A stretch of 64,000 bases of DNA from Octopus vulgaris (taxonomy: Eukaryota): positions 55,862,001-55,926,000 of the forward strand of contig OX597822.1 in assembly GCA_951406725.2 (NCBI GenBank), written 5' to 3'. Below, in pieces: positions 1 to 13,659 of this stretch (position 1 is its first letter; the number at the start of each line of letters is the position of its first letter). A program made the translations under genes and the position numbers. The notes beneath the pieces are model-generated. The model made no database searches and was not told the origin of the DNA. It saw nothing but the letters and a program-made list of their open reading frames with translations.

Positions 1-130
1 GAAATATACGGCTTACTTATTCACATTGTTTGGAGTTCATTTTCCATTGTTTTGTAGCTTCAAGATTTCGATGATGTGATTGTAAATTTTTAGAATAACA
101 TTGTAGGAGAGGTGTGACAGGTTGGATCTC

Positions 131-550
131 TCTTTACTCTTTTACTCTTTTACTTGTTTCAGTCATTTGACTGCGGCCATGCTGGAGCACCGCCTTTTAA
201 TCGAACAACTCGACCCCGGGACTTATTCTTTGTAAGCCCAGTACTTATTCTATCGGTCTCTTTTGCCGAACCGCTAAGTGAGGGGAACGTAAACACACCA
301 GCATCGGTTGTCAAGCAATGCTAAAGGGACAAACACAGACACACAAACACATGCACACACACATCTATATATATATATATATACATATATACGACAGGCT
401 TCTTTCAGTTTCCGCCTACCAAATCCACTCACAAGGCATTGGTCGGCCCGGGGCTATAGTAGAAGACACTTGCCCAAGATGCCACACAGTGGGACTGAAC
501 CCGGAACCATGTGGCTGGTTAGCAAGCTACTTACCACACAGCCACTCCTG
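131..550 (-). mobile_element. tRNA-derived SINE, family A, near full length
   Basis: Minus strand starts CAGGAGTGGCTGTGTGGTAAG (A box) ... GGTTCAGTCCC (B box), then CORE-like CTTGGGCAAGTGTCTT, internal (TA)/(TG) tract and AAAGAGT-repeat tail; closely similar to 34615-35019 and 50651-51110. Confidence 0.9.
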
Positions 551-1251
551 GTCAGTTTTAGCACAAAACACATAGAATATTGGGGCTTGTTACGGCAGGT
601 TTAAATACTAAACGGTTAATCAATATAATCCATTCGGTATACTAATTGCTGCTTATTTTATTTATCTAGAAATTATGAAAAAGATTGCTACCCCTAGTGG
701 GATTTGATCTCAGAAACTAGACTTAAGTAAAAATTCCTTTTAGTTTGCAAATTAAGTCAGCCAATCTAATATTCTTCGAACAATGATAAACAATTCAACA
801 GCAACAACAACAGCAGTTAGCAACAGCGACGCTATCCATAACATCCACACTTGATGAAGTATATTTTCATTATGTTCAAAAGCCGTGACTCCATTAATTA
901 TTTTCACAACGCATTTTTGATTATTTATTAGGCAATTGAAGATTGCTTCCATATTTTCTCTGCCACACCAGGCAAATTATATCACTGCTTATTTATGTCA
1001 ATGCTATTAATATATCATTGTGCTTTCAAGGGGTAAATTACATACTTAGAGTAGTTTACACGAGCAGACAACCTAACATAGCAATATATCAAAATGATTT
1101 TCCTAGAAATGATATAGATAGAAGCGAAACGAACAGCAAAATGCAGTATATTACATATACACAATTATACATTCATATAAAGTATTTATCGATATAATGC
1201 ATGCATATACACTAATTCATACACATAAATGTACACACTCGTATACACACG

Positions 1252-1646
<395 letters not shown>

Positions 1647-2022
1647 GTTGGTAGGTAGGTAGGTATGTGTGTGTGCATATAAATATATACGCCTACACAT
1701 AAACACAAATACACATTAACAAACGCATATATGTATGCAACACGTATATATGAAAATAAGTGTGTGTGTGTGTTATGAGTGTGTATATGTGAATGTGTGT
1801 TTGTATGTGTCTGTGTGCCTGCGTGTCTGTGCACCTCTGCCACAATGATAGAAGAGAAGGTAAGACAGAAAAAACCGAAAATGCCCGTAACTTTATATAC
1901 ACAGATATAATTTTGTATTTTTACAATATAGATATATCCTCGCATACATAAACTCACATGAATACAAACACACACACATATATATGTATATGTATGAACA
2001 TATACATACTTATATATTTGTG

Positions 2023-2074
<52 letters not shown>

Positions 2075-2339
2075 AATATATTTATATATGAGCATATTCA
2101 TTGCTGTGATGACATTACCTTCTGTAACTACTAAAAGTTTATATGAAGCCCATAATCGCGTAATGTTTATGACTGTTCAGGCAATCGAATATGCCTGAAA
2201 AGGAGCTAATTAAAAATAGCATATAATGAAGTATATGCAAAAAACAAGATCAATTTATATATATATATATGAAGATTAAGATATATACAAATATAAATAC
2301 GTACATACATACATACGAACACACAGAGGTATATAATAT

Positions 2340-2520
2340 AACATGAACAAAGAGAAAACACAACAACGCGAGGACGTGGAACAAGTATAGTGTTATTGGA
2401 CGCTCAAGAAAAGAAAGAAAGAAGGAGATTTAACGTTTCGAGCGGAGCTCTTCGTCAGAAACTTAGAAAAAGGAAAGGTCCAAGGAAGGGAATACGGAGA
2501 AAGTAAATCGCCAATGCACA
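2340..2520 (-). mobile_element. Short PLE terminal-repeat-like element, HHR family A
   Basis: Homologous by eye to 29108-29312, 29339-29541 and 44935-45125; contains an HHR motif. Confidence 0.7.
2428..2462 (-). ncRNA. Minimal type I hammerhead ribozyme motif (family A)
   Basis: Minus strand GTTT-CTGACGA-A-GAGC-TCC-GCTC-GAA-ACGT-T-AAAT: stem I, CUGANGA core, stem II, GAAA, palindromic stem III ACGT. Confidence 0.7.
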
Positions 2521-2524
2521 TATA

Positions 2525-4730
2525 GTGAGAATTTACAAAAAACAAAAGACGAAGACAGGTGTGTAAGCAACAAACATATGTATTAATTTAACGCTCGGGA
2601 AGTGAGAAAGTCTTTTACGTTTCGAGCCTACGCTCTTCTACAGAAAGGAACACAGGAATAAAAAGGGAGCGAAAATTAAAAAAAGGCTTAGTGGCTAGCG
2701 ATCTATCATGGCGAATGTCGGACAGAGGGTTCCCACACGAGAACTAGGAAGAAGGGGTGATCCCAAAACGAAGGTGCGCGTGCATGTATATGTGAGAGCG
2801 TGTATGTGCGTGTGGAAGGTGGCTGGTGACCTTGACGTGTGCGTGTGCTTGTGTAGGTGAATGGATGATGGTGTCGATGCTTAGAAGTGGTCAGTTCTAG
2901 TGTGTGCGGGGTGGTGTGATGTGATGTTCTGTGGTGTGGTATGGTGGTGTGTGGCGTTCTGGTGTGGTGGTGTTGGGGTGTGGGGGAGGCGAGACTGGGG
3001 GAAGCAAGGGTGGGTGTAAGGGATGGGGTAGGGTGGGATGGGCTGTATAGAAAAGGTGGGGCTGGAATTTGTAAGGGTGGGGTAACGAGGGAGGAGTGAC
3101 GATGAAGGGAGAGGGTGGAATGGGTAGGAGTGAAGAGGGGAAGTAAGTGTCGGAGCAAGAGAGGAGAGGTGGCTGGGAGGAAGTAGGTGTGAGAGGAAGA
3201 GAGGAGAGAGAAGGAGGGTTAGATGAAGGGAGGAGGAGAGTTGCTCCCATGTGGCACAAAGGAGCGAAGAGAGAAGATTAATCCTTGTTCAGGCGAAGAC
3301 GGGCATCCGGAGTGCAAGGACAATCCGAACACAGACAGATGTTGTAAAGAGTGTCTGGTAGAGTGGAAATGGCGCGAGACCAGGGTGTCGTCACCGAGTC
3401 TGATGTCTCGGAGGTGTTCCGCGAACCGGTCAGCCAAGCTACGTCCTGTTTAACCAATGTATAGAGAAGGACAGAGAGAGCAGGAGTTACAGTAGATGAC
3501 CTTGCTAGAAGTGCAGGTGAAGGAGTCAGTGATATGATAGGGTCGATGATAGGTGTCTGTGAGGAGAGTGGTGCTGGAGAGGTAAGAGCAAGTATAACAG
3601 TGTGGGCGAGAGCAGGAGAACGAGCAAAGTTGGGTGGTTGGGTAAGGGAAGAAGCTGTGGACCAAAGGTCTCGTAGGTTGTGGGCTCGTTTGAAGGAGAG
3701 GAGGTGTCGGTTAGAGAAGATTTGCGAAGTGTAGGGGTCGGACTGGAGTCGCCGGAAGGCTTGGAGAATGGTGCGTTGGAGAGGTAGGGTGGTGGGGTGG
3801 TAGGTGAGGGGAAACGGGTGACGGTGGGGTGGAGAGATAGTAGAGACACGGTCCACGGAACGTGCTCTGGCAAAGGCGGTATGGATGGTGGTGAGGGGAT
3901 ATCCACGTAGGATGAAGAGGTGAGCCATAAGTTGAGACTGAGTCTCAAAGTCATGGTCGTCATTGCAGAGCCTGCGTAGTCGGAGGAATTGGGAATAGGG
4001 GATGGAGAGATTGGTGTGTTTAGGGTGGGAGGAGAATAAGTTGAGGTATAAGTGTTAGTCTGTGTGTTTGTAGTGGATGGAGGTGTTGAGAGTGGAGTGA
4101 TGAATGCTGACCGAAATGTCGAGGAAGGCGACTCAAGTGTCGGAAATAATGTAGGAGAAGTGGAGGGCAGGATGGAAAGATTTGACAAAAGAGGAAGGAT
4201 TCTAGATGTTTGCGGGAGAGTGAGGTCGCACCGATACAGTCGTCAATATAACGACCATTTAGTTCGGGAGTGGGACCAGTGAAACTTGAGAATATTTGGA
4301 CATCAACGTAGCCAACGAACAGGTTCGCATAGTTGGGGCTTGTTCTCGTTCCCATGGTCACTCTCTAGAACTGCTGGTAAAAATCAGTCGCGAACGAGAA
4401 GCAGTTGAGAGAACAAGTTCAGCCAGACGAAGGAGTGTGGATGTGTCAGGTTGGGGGTTGGGTCGAAGGTCAAGGAAATGTTGGAGTGCACGCAGCCCCT
4501 TGAGGTGAGGGATCAACATGTATAGACTCTTGATGTCAAGAGTGAAGAGAAGTTTAGAGGGGCGAGGAGGGAAGGAGAAAGAGTTGGACAAACGAAGAGC
4601 ATGGTTGGTGTCATGGATGTGAGAGGAGAAGGAAGCCACTAGGGGGGCTAGGTCACAGTGAAAATGGGGACGAAAATTGGCATTGGACTGAGGTTTAGTG
4701 TGGGAGTGGGAGAAGAAAAGAGATAAAAAG
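2525..4730 (-). mobile_element. Decayed Penelope-like retroelement (RT + Cys cluster + GIY-YIG) with 3' terminal repeat
   Basis: Frameshifted ORF pieces LFTLDIKSLYMLIPH, MGTRTSPNYANLFVG, RYIDDC (RT); CSRPHCYTC; VIYCNSCSLCPSLYIG and RFAEHLRDI (GIY-YIG); HHR-bearing repeat downstream at about 2525-2720. Confidence 0.93.
2612..2647 (-). ncRNA. Hammerhead-like motif, family B, non-canonical core CUGUAGA
   Basis: Minus strand CTTT-CTGTAGA-A-GAGC-GTAG-GCTC-GAA-ACGT-A-AAAG. Confidence 0.6.
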
Positions 4731-5340
4731 TGTACATACATTAATGTGTGTGTGCGTGAGGATACTTACATTTATGAAGGTAAACGGAGTGGTTAACGGG
4801 GATGCATAAGGTTGGGATCTCCGCCTGTGGTCTGTGAAGGCATCGCTGATTAGTTGTTGGGTAGCTGTTGTTGAGGACGTATATCTCGGTTGTCAGTGTC
4901 CAGTGGTCAGAAGTTTCACTAGTAAGGGGTACCTCTATTGGCAGTAATAAGATAATTCACATTTCCTGTTGACAGATACTGCAGGAGGTGGAAAATGTGC
5001 AGTCTTTCGCGGAGGCAGCGCTGGCAATTGTGGGTGACAGGCGAGTAATGTAGGATCACGTCGATGATGATGATCCATTCGACATGGTCCTACATGGGGT
5101 TTCATTCTTGAGGTCACGATCTCTCTAGAGGAAACGAGATAAAGAAGACGAATTCCCTCTATCGATGCGTCTAAACGAGTGAATAGGTTCTATATACCTC
5201 CCTTGAAATCATTAACCGTCATGCCTGTTTGGTGTCATGTGATGCCATGCATATATACAGACAGAAAGACCTACATACATACATGCAGGAAGACAGACAT
5301 GCACACACTTACGTACGTACCACATGGTACATATGTACAT

Positions 5341-5440
5341 ACCACATGGTTCCGGGTTCAGTCCCACTGCATGGGACCTTGGGCCGACCAAATCCTTGTG
5401 GGTGGATTTGGTAGAAGGAAACTAAATGAAGCCCGTCGTA
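5341..5440 (+). mobile_element. SINE family A fragment with internal deletion
   Basis: ACCACATGGTTCCGGGTTCAGTCCCACTG ... GAAGCCCGTCGTA matches the family A 5' half. Confidence 0.85.
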
Positions 5441-5450
5441 TATATATATA

Positions 5451-5573
5451 TGTGGGTGTATGAAAAGTTTTGAGCCTTCAAGACCTTTGAGCCTTGGAGT
5501 CTTGTACATTCATCAGAAGGCTTGTACCATGTTTTGTTTTTCTTGAGGCTCAATACTTTTCATACACCCCTCG
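5451..5573. mobile_element. mariner-type MITE (~120 bp)
   Basis: TIRs GGGTGTATGAAAAGTTTTGAGCCT / AGGCTCAATACTTTTCATACACCCCTCG, followed by TA. Confidence 0.75.
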
Positions 5574-5574
5574 T

Positions 5575-5726
<152 letters not shown>

Positions 5727-6034
5727 CAGGCTGCTATATATAGCAATCTTGATTGAACTTCCTCTGGCCAGCCGAAGTTTTCTAATTATGGTTAAATATC
5801 CTGAGACAGATGTGTATAAAATTCTCGAATTACTAACAGTTTACATATGAAATGTATGTGATTTATTCACACCAACTCAATTTCTACAGTCAAGACGTTC
5901 ACATAACAAACGTAGAGCTATGTACGTTATGTATGGTTCAAGTTTTCTGAATTTCGGTATGATTTCCCTCTCTCTCTCTCCCTGTATACACATACACGTA
6001 CACACACAAAAACACACACACACAAACACAAACA

Positions 6035-6105
<71 letters not shown>

Positions 6106-6205
6106 GCACACACACACGCCCAACAGAGGAAAATAATTTTTCGTATACGAGTGGAAGAATAAAAAGGAAGTTAAAAATACGTTTATTTAAAAAATTGATT
6201 TAGAT

Positions 6206-6246
6206 TTACTTTACCGGTTTCGTAATTTACTAATTTTCGAAAGTAA
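6206..6246 (-). ncRNA. Degenerate hammerhead-like motif (ACCGGT family, U3-A8 core)
   Basis: Minus strand TTACTT-TCGAAAA-TTAGTAAATTAC-GAA-ACCGGT-A-AAGTAA; same stems I and III as 52007-52051 and 52765-52809. Confidence 0.4.
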
Positions 6247-6734
6247 TGGGAGCGGGAGGGCCTTGGAGCTATGTCGAAATTTTCTCGACTCTGATGGTGG
6301 TTTGAAAATTCCCTTTCTTATAGAGAAAATATGCCAAAAATTGCCAGCAGCTCCGATAAAGTGTGTTTGGTATGAATGATAATTTGCTGTAAAATTCAAC
6401 AGTGAATGTATCATGTGATAGTTTGGACAATAAGTTGGCAGAATAACTAAAATTAGAGAAACTGCTTACTTGGTTTATGCAACAGGAAATAAGTCGTATG
6501 TATGAATGGATGACTGTCTATTTGTCTCTGTGTAAGAATGTGAATATTAATATTGATACACCGGAGAGCTCGGGCTAGATACAATCAGTTACAAAGTGAG
6601 ATTTTGATTACCGATATAATCCCAGAATATAACATCTCCTATAATCACACAAGCGCGCGCGCGCACACACACACACACACGCACGCACACAAATATATAT
6701 TCGTATATCGGCGCATGTATATCTACCTGTCTAT

Positions 6735-6761
6735 CTAACTATCTATCTATCTATCCATCTG

Positions 6762-6852
<91 letters not shown>

Positions 6853-6858
6853 GTCTGC

Positions 6859-6902
<44 letters not shown>

Positions 6903-6909
6903 ATGTATG

Positions 6910-6968
<59 letters not shown>
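6735..6968. repeat. (TATC)n/(TGTC)n/(TA)n compound microsatellite
   Basis: Direct reading. Confidence 0.95.
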
Positions 6969-6970
<2 letters not shown>

Positions 6971-6975
6971 ATCAT

Positions 6976-7120
6976 AGGCGCAGGCGGGGCTGTGTGTTAA
7001 AAAGCTTACTTCTCAACCACATGGTTCCGGGTTCAGTCCCACTGCACTGCATAGGATCTTGGGCCGACCAAATCCTTGTGAGTGGATTTGGTAAAAGGAA
7101 ACTGAATGAAGCCCGTCGTA
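6976..7120 (+). mobile_element. SINE family A 5' part
   Basis: AGGCGCAGG...GGCTGTGTG head and GGTTCAGTCCC B box. Confidence 0.85.
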
Positions 7121-7397
7121 TATATATGTATATATCCAAATATATGCACCATTGTACTGTTGAAAACAAGAACGCCATGTTCGTGAAGATTTTGCTGTTA
7201 TTTGACATTATTTTTGTACTATCTCAGTATTACTAGCTATTCTCTTTTGTGAACTGCAGCTCACTGGGTTGGCATAAAATGCAACTGATGCGGAACATAG
7301 TGATTATAAACACTGTGAAACTTATTGAAGCAATAATAATGCCATAACTGTGTGGTTAATATGTGTTTCTTGTTTTCGTTCTCCCTCTCTCTTGCTC

Positions 7398-7465
<68 letters not shown>

Positions 7466-7466
<1 letters not shown>

Positions 7467-8722
7467 GAGGGGCGGCTGAAAAGTTTATAGGCTAGCCATG
7501 TTACTCTCATGTAATGTAACCAAATGGGCTTTATTTTCCACGATAGTCCCCGCATCCTGTGGTCAACACATTTCTTCCATCGGCGCTTGGATCCCATTGG
7601 TGAAAAACTTTCATATTGTTGCTCAAAAAAATCGTCAGCAGCAGATAGGACATCATCATCACTGCCAGACTCGTTCGCAGCTGTTTTTCATGTGGGAGAA
7701 CAGATGATAGTCAGATGGGACCAAATGAGGAGAATAGGGAGGATGGTCAACCAGTTCAAAGCACAGTCACACACAGTAGCCATTGAAGCCAAGGAGTTGT
7801 GTGCTGGAGCATCGTACTAAGGAAGTCCTTTTGTCAGTACTAAGGAGTCCTTTTGTCAGTTTTTCTGACTTTTTGGTCTTGATAGCGTTTCGTTACCTCA
7901 GCAAGTTGGCATAGTACTCTCCATTGAGCGTGGCCCTTTTGAAGGCAGTAAATAATCGCAATGTTTTTTGCATCCCATATAACTGAGGCCATCGAATTCC
8001 TTGTAGATGAAACAACCTTGGTCTTCTTTGGAGCAGGTGAGGAGGGGTGTTTCCACTGCATGAATTGTCTCTTTGTTTCTTGTTCAAAGTGATGAAGCAA
8101 ACACTCACTCTGACTGATGAAATATCCAAGGAAACCATATGGATCTGTTTGAAACAATGTGAGATTTTCCCATAATGTGATCAGACTGGTGCACCTTTGA
8201 TTAGGCGTCAGAAGACGTGGCAGCCACCGAACAGAGACCTTCGTCATGCCAAATTCATCGTGCAGAATTTTCTCAACTCCCTCACAGTGTATGCTAACAG
8301 TATTGGCTATTTGATTTATCGTTAGTCGCCTGTAATCCGTCACAATGTTTTCCTCGGTAGAGGTAGATGTAGGACGTCCAGACCTTGGATCTTCATGACT
8401 TTCCCCCTTTCACTCCTAATTTCAGCTGCCAACTTTTACACTGTTGATAAAACTGGAATATCATCCCCTAATGTCAAATGAATGTCTTTGGGGCTAAACC
8501 CTTTTTGTAGTGATACTCGATAACACCACAATACCAAATTTAGTCTATTTTCAAGAGAAGTCGCTACAAGTTACTTCTGAAGTTCTCTTTGAACAGTGGA
8601 GATATCAGTTTACCGGAAAGAAGCAATACAATTATTGATATGAAGAGTTGAGATTAATGCATACAAGAAACTCTAGCATCAGTCCTTCATAGTCAGCCTA
8701 CAAACTTTTCAACCCACCCTCA
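7466..8722 (-). mobile_element. Full-length decayed mariner transposon
   Basis: TIRs CGAGGGGCGGCTGAAAAGTTTATAGGCT / AGCCTACAAACTTTTCAACCCACCCTCA; ~1.26 kb; transposase motifs WLPRLLT (WVPREL-like), ETKRQFMQWKHPSSPAPKK, MASVIWD, NGEYYANLL and HPPYSPHLVPSDY (YSPDLAPxD-like); frameshifted. Confidence 0.93.
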
Positions 8723-8794
8723 TTTATATACATAAATTGTATATATATATAACACGCAGACATACATACATACATACATACATACATACATACA

Positions 8795-8830
<36 letters not shown>

Positions 8831-8834
8831 TATA

Positions 8835-8880
<46 letters not shown>

Positions 8881-8881
<1 letters not shown>

Positions 8882-9229
8882 CATGGGAAAATGCGACCAA
8901 GAGAAATAATATTCTACTTTGCCTAAAATATTAGCTATGTTGGTATTAGTTCTGGTTCTCGTTTTTAAAGTATTCTAGTGTGTCAATATTTCAACAAAAT
9001 GATAGTACCTTTTAAAATTATAATGTTATTTTGTAAATTGAAATTAAATAATTTTTAATATTCAATTTTTATCCTTAGCTGCAATATTTTAAGTAAAAAT
9101 CTTCTTGTTCTGTACTTTACCAGAAGTAATAAGTTGTCCTGAAATTTTCCAAGTGTAATAACTTGTCCTGTAATTTTCTACGTTTAAAATCTTAAGAATA
9201 TTATTTCTCTTGCCTTCATGTTTACACGT
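8881..9229. mobile_element. Possible old MITE
   Basis: Inverted CAAGAGAAATAATATTCT near both ends; outer bases degenerate; left end abuts (TA)n. Confidence 0.45.
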
Positions 9230-9941
9230 AATCCATGTTTTTTTACAGGCTATGCTATTATGCTAATTAATATTGTGTCAAATGTATCAATAAGTGGTGT
9301 CGTTGATAATTTTTCCGTATCCAAATAACGCCGGGTACATATATTAAAAGTCACCTTGTAGAATTACATTCATAAAAATGTATAGAACTATATAAAACAA
9401 CGTCAAATTTGAGAAACAAACACTCATAACATTTTCCTTTTAAAACTTCATTGCATAAGATTGATACCATGAAATTCCTTGAATTTGAGCTTAATTAAAA
9501 TATAGTTTGTTTTTAAAATAAATAAGTTAATTATATTTAAATCCATTTTTAAACTTATATTTGTTTTCATGATATTTTACCTCGCAAATTTTTTGATGCA
9601 AACTTTTGTTGCATGGGATAAAAACTATGAAATTCTTTATGCTTTCGTCTATCATTGAAACTAAGATAAATATATTTTGCTTTAAAAAATTTTAAGTTGT
9701 TTAGCTCTAAACTTGATCGGTGGTGTTACGTACACTCCTATAACTTTGCTATAAATTTTAATGTAAACTTTTTTTCTACTAGATCAAATCTTAATTTTTT
9801 TTAATGTCAAAATGTAGCTAGGGACCAGTCCTCTTCAGAAATGTTAACAGTTTTCAATTTGGTAACGAACTAAAGCTCTGAAAGATGCTGCGTGTGAGTA
9901 AATAAATAAATATATATATTATATACATGTATGCATGTATG

Positions 9942-9990
<49 letters not shown>

Positions 9991-10068
9991 TTAGGGAATA
10001 AAAATTCCGGCATAACAGAGGTTCAAACAAATTTAAACGTACCTATTTTACACATACTTAAGGGCTTT

Positions 10069-10118
<50 letters not shown>

Positions 10119-10728
10119 GTAGGATGAAAGAGAGAGAGAATTGTGTGCTGTAGTGATTAAAGAGTATCGAAATCACTAGAGCACGCAATTCTCTCTCACT
10201 ATAAGGTCGTGTTTATAAGGTCGTGGGTTCAATTTCTGAACCGGTGACGAGCTCGTCCTAAGGTGAGGCACATCATTTCACTTTAGTCTACTCTACTCTG
10301 CTAAAAACGAATACCAACTGATCTCTGGTACAGCTCTATCTCTTTTCAACTATCACATTTTCGATGATCCGCTAGGTCAAGTGTGCGATGACCGACAGAG
10401 TCTCTATCTTTGCTTGCGACTACATTGACATGTATAAGAATTAGGAAATGCTGACACAAATTACAGGACATACTCGCTAGTGAGCAACAGCTAAGCATAT
10501 AAGTAATCTGCTTTGACAAAACAAAACCTAAATCCACATAAAAGAACTCTGAGCTGTAATGAAAAGTAAATTACAGTATTTCGAGATTTTATTTTTCTAA
10601 AAATTGAATGTGGCAACAATAAAATCTGTTGTCTTACCTATGTGTATTTGGAGAGAAGCATACAGTATTTTAACACACAAACACATACATGCAAACACAT
10701 ACACTTATATATCTATCTATATATATAT

Positions 10729-10777
<49 letters not shown>

Positions 10778-10809
10778 CATACAAACACATACACACGCAC
10801 GCACACACA

Positions 10810-10856
<47 letters not shown>

Positions 10857-11998
10857 CGGAAAGGCAAAGCAAAACTTGGTGCAGAAAGAAATGAGGGAGT
10901 TTTGTGTTGTGGATGAAAGTCAGAGATAGTACAAAATGATATGTTTTAGATTAAAAGTATCTTATGTAAATTGATGAATTCGAAATTAAAATTGCTAGCT
11001 TCAGATGATTATAGTTCTTCTTCCTTGCTTCAGGCTTACGATATAAAAGACATTCTTTGTTATTGAATTGTTTACTTTGCAGTAATTTTGTCATCTGGTT
11101 TGTCACTGAAATCACCTGTTTTCCCTGATACACAAAAGCATTCAGTACGTATTATTATTTTATTTACACAGTTTGTTTACCTGGAATCTGTTCCGTTACT
11201 TTCATCTTACTTTCACTTTGCTGTTGTTGCTGTTGTTGTTGTTGCTGCTGATGTTGTTGTTGTTGTTGTTGTTGTTGCTGCTACTGCTGTTGCTACTGCT
11301 GTTGTTGTTCTTTTTCTTTTCTTTCCCTCTCTCCCCTCTGCGTCTTTCTTGATTTTTGTTTCTTCTGCCTGCTTCTACTTCGATTTTCCTCTATCCCCAT
11401 TCTTCTATCTTATCGTTTCCTTTTCCTCAAGCTTCTTCTTCTGCTCCTCCTTCTCTGATTTCAAATTAAATATCAAAATTTCTTCCTTCATTTCTTATTA
11501 TTAACTGCGTGTTCTTGTTATCAGAGACGGAGGAGATGAGTGAAACTTATCTCATCCGTTTCACTATCATTATCAACTCCATCATCACCCTCGTCATCAT
11601 CAGCATCCTATTCCACCCTCTACCCCATATTTATCATCCTCATCTTCATCGTCACAACACCCTCCTCCTCCTTCTCCTCCTACTCATCCTCATCATCACC
11701 ACCACTAAAAAAATAGGAATTTTGGAAGACGTTTCTATGAAACTAGTTCTATGGGGTCGAGGCACTAGAATAAAATAGCTATCAAAATGGTCCATACATA
11801 AAAAAAAATTGTTGAGATTCCCTGGACAAAAGGAAGAGGTCAAATCACAACAAGGTTGGAACTCAGAGAAACACATCTAAATATGCAATATATTTTTGTC
11901 TATTACCAACGATTCTATTACCAACAGCCTTGCAATTGCAAACGTCATATTAAAATATATTATATATCTCAGTCTCTATTTCTTTCTCCTTCTTTCTT

Positions 11999-12086
<88 letters not shown>

Positions 12087-12860
12087 GCAAACTCACACAC
12101 TGACATGCATAGAAGATAGATATACATAGATATAGATGCATGAACAATCGCATACATGAAAAAAAATGCAGAAATCTTCACAGCTCTACCTTACGGACAT
12201 CCCCAGTTGCATATATCATAAAATAAAAATTTTTATGTAAAAAGGGGTCTAAATGGGACTGGAAGGTGTTTAAAATATACTGGAGGGGGTAACTTGAGGT
12301 GAGAAATTGATTGGGAGACGTTTTGGGGTGCTACGGTGGTTGCTTTGGTGTGAAAACGGAGATTTTATTGATTTTGGGGGACACTTGGGAGTCTAGATTG
12401 GACACCTTTTACCCGATTTCAATCAAATTTTCAACATAGTAAAGTGGAATTCCGTCTGAAGCGAATTTGTAATTTAAACGCGGAAAATGGGTCCGAAATT
12501 TTGAAAATTAAGGCAAGATTTTTTAAGTTGAAAAAATTTTCTCATTTTTACGTATTTTTGCGTTTTATTTTTTATTGTTCACAGTTTTCATTTTTTCTGA
12601 AAGAAATTTACATCTGCATGTAGCCCGTGTTTAGAGCTTTAATTTGCATGGTCAATCGTCGAAAAATTCCCCAAATAAGTACTAAATTTAACAAAGAAAT
12701 CCTTTTTTTCCTCATTTTTAATCGCTCAAATAGTGGCATGTACAAAAGGCAAGTGTGCTTTCCGTTGTCAATCATTTATGATTGATCTTTCCAAATATTT
12801 TCTTTCTTAACTTACTCAAAATCTTTTGTTTTTTTTTTATAAATGGGAGTGAGATAGATA

Positions 12861-13587
12861 GAGACCAAAGCCTCCCCACCAGAAATTACCAAAAACATGT
12901 AATGAAAAGAAATATTACAAGTAACTGCAGAATATGTGGAGATGGACAAGAAACAATAAATCATATTATCTCTAGCTGCCTAGTCCTGGCTAAGAAGGAG
13001 TATATTCACAGACATGACAGAGTTGGAACCTACATACATTGGAAGCTATGCCAACATTATGGAATAACAACAGAAAAAAGATGGTATAGGCACACACCAG
13101 AAAAGGTCACAGAAAACGAGAAAGCAACCATACTCTGGGATATGCCGATACACACAGATAGAGAAATTAAGGCCAACAGACCAGATATAGTTGTCAGAGA
13201 TCATGAAGAAAAAAATGCTTTCTAATTGATGTATCAATACCGGCTGATGACAACGTGTCTCTAAAAGAAATGGAGAAACTCTCAAAATACAAAGACCTGG
13301 AAATAGAGGTAACTAGAATGTGGAATCTAAAAACAGAAACAATTCCTATCATAGTAGGTGCATTAGGCATGATAAAAAATATTCAGACAAATACATAACA
13401 AAAACACCAGGACTTACAAACACATATAACATACAGAAAATTGCACTACTAGGCACTGCACACATCCTACGCAGAACACTTTCCATACAATAACCATCAG
13501 AGCATCACAACAAATCACAGCACATACCCAAGGCACACAGAGCTGCGCTCGGTAGTGAAGTGAAAGCACGCTATAAAAATAAAACTA

Positions 13588-13591
<4 letters not shown>
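12861..13591 (+). mobile_element. 5'-truncated R4/Dong-type LINE (restriction-like endonuclease end)
   Basis: CCHC knuckle CRICGDGQETINHIISSC, RHD, RPDIVV, then after a frameshift LIDVSIP, EKLSKYKDL and IVGALG; 3' UTR runs into (AAT)n at about 13591-13659. Confidence 0.9.

Positions 13592-13659
<68 letters not shown>

Noticed and set aside
308-604. Recurring peptide RQASFSFRLPNPLTRLWSARGYSRRHLPK (also in ORFs at 34497, 42225, 50866)
   Set aside because: Antisense translation of SINE family A, not a gene family.
5490-5525. CTGATGA on the minus strand
   Set aside because: No stem II-GAAA-stem III follows; lies inside a mariner MITE.
11088-11778. Hydrophobic ORFs resembling membrane proteins
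   Set aside because: Derived from (GTT)n, (CTT)n and (CAT)n low-complexity tracts.
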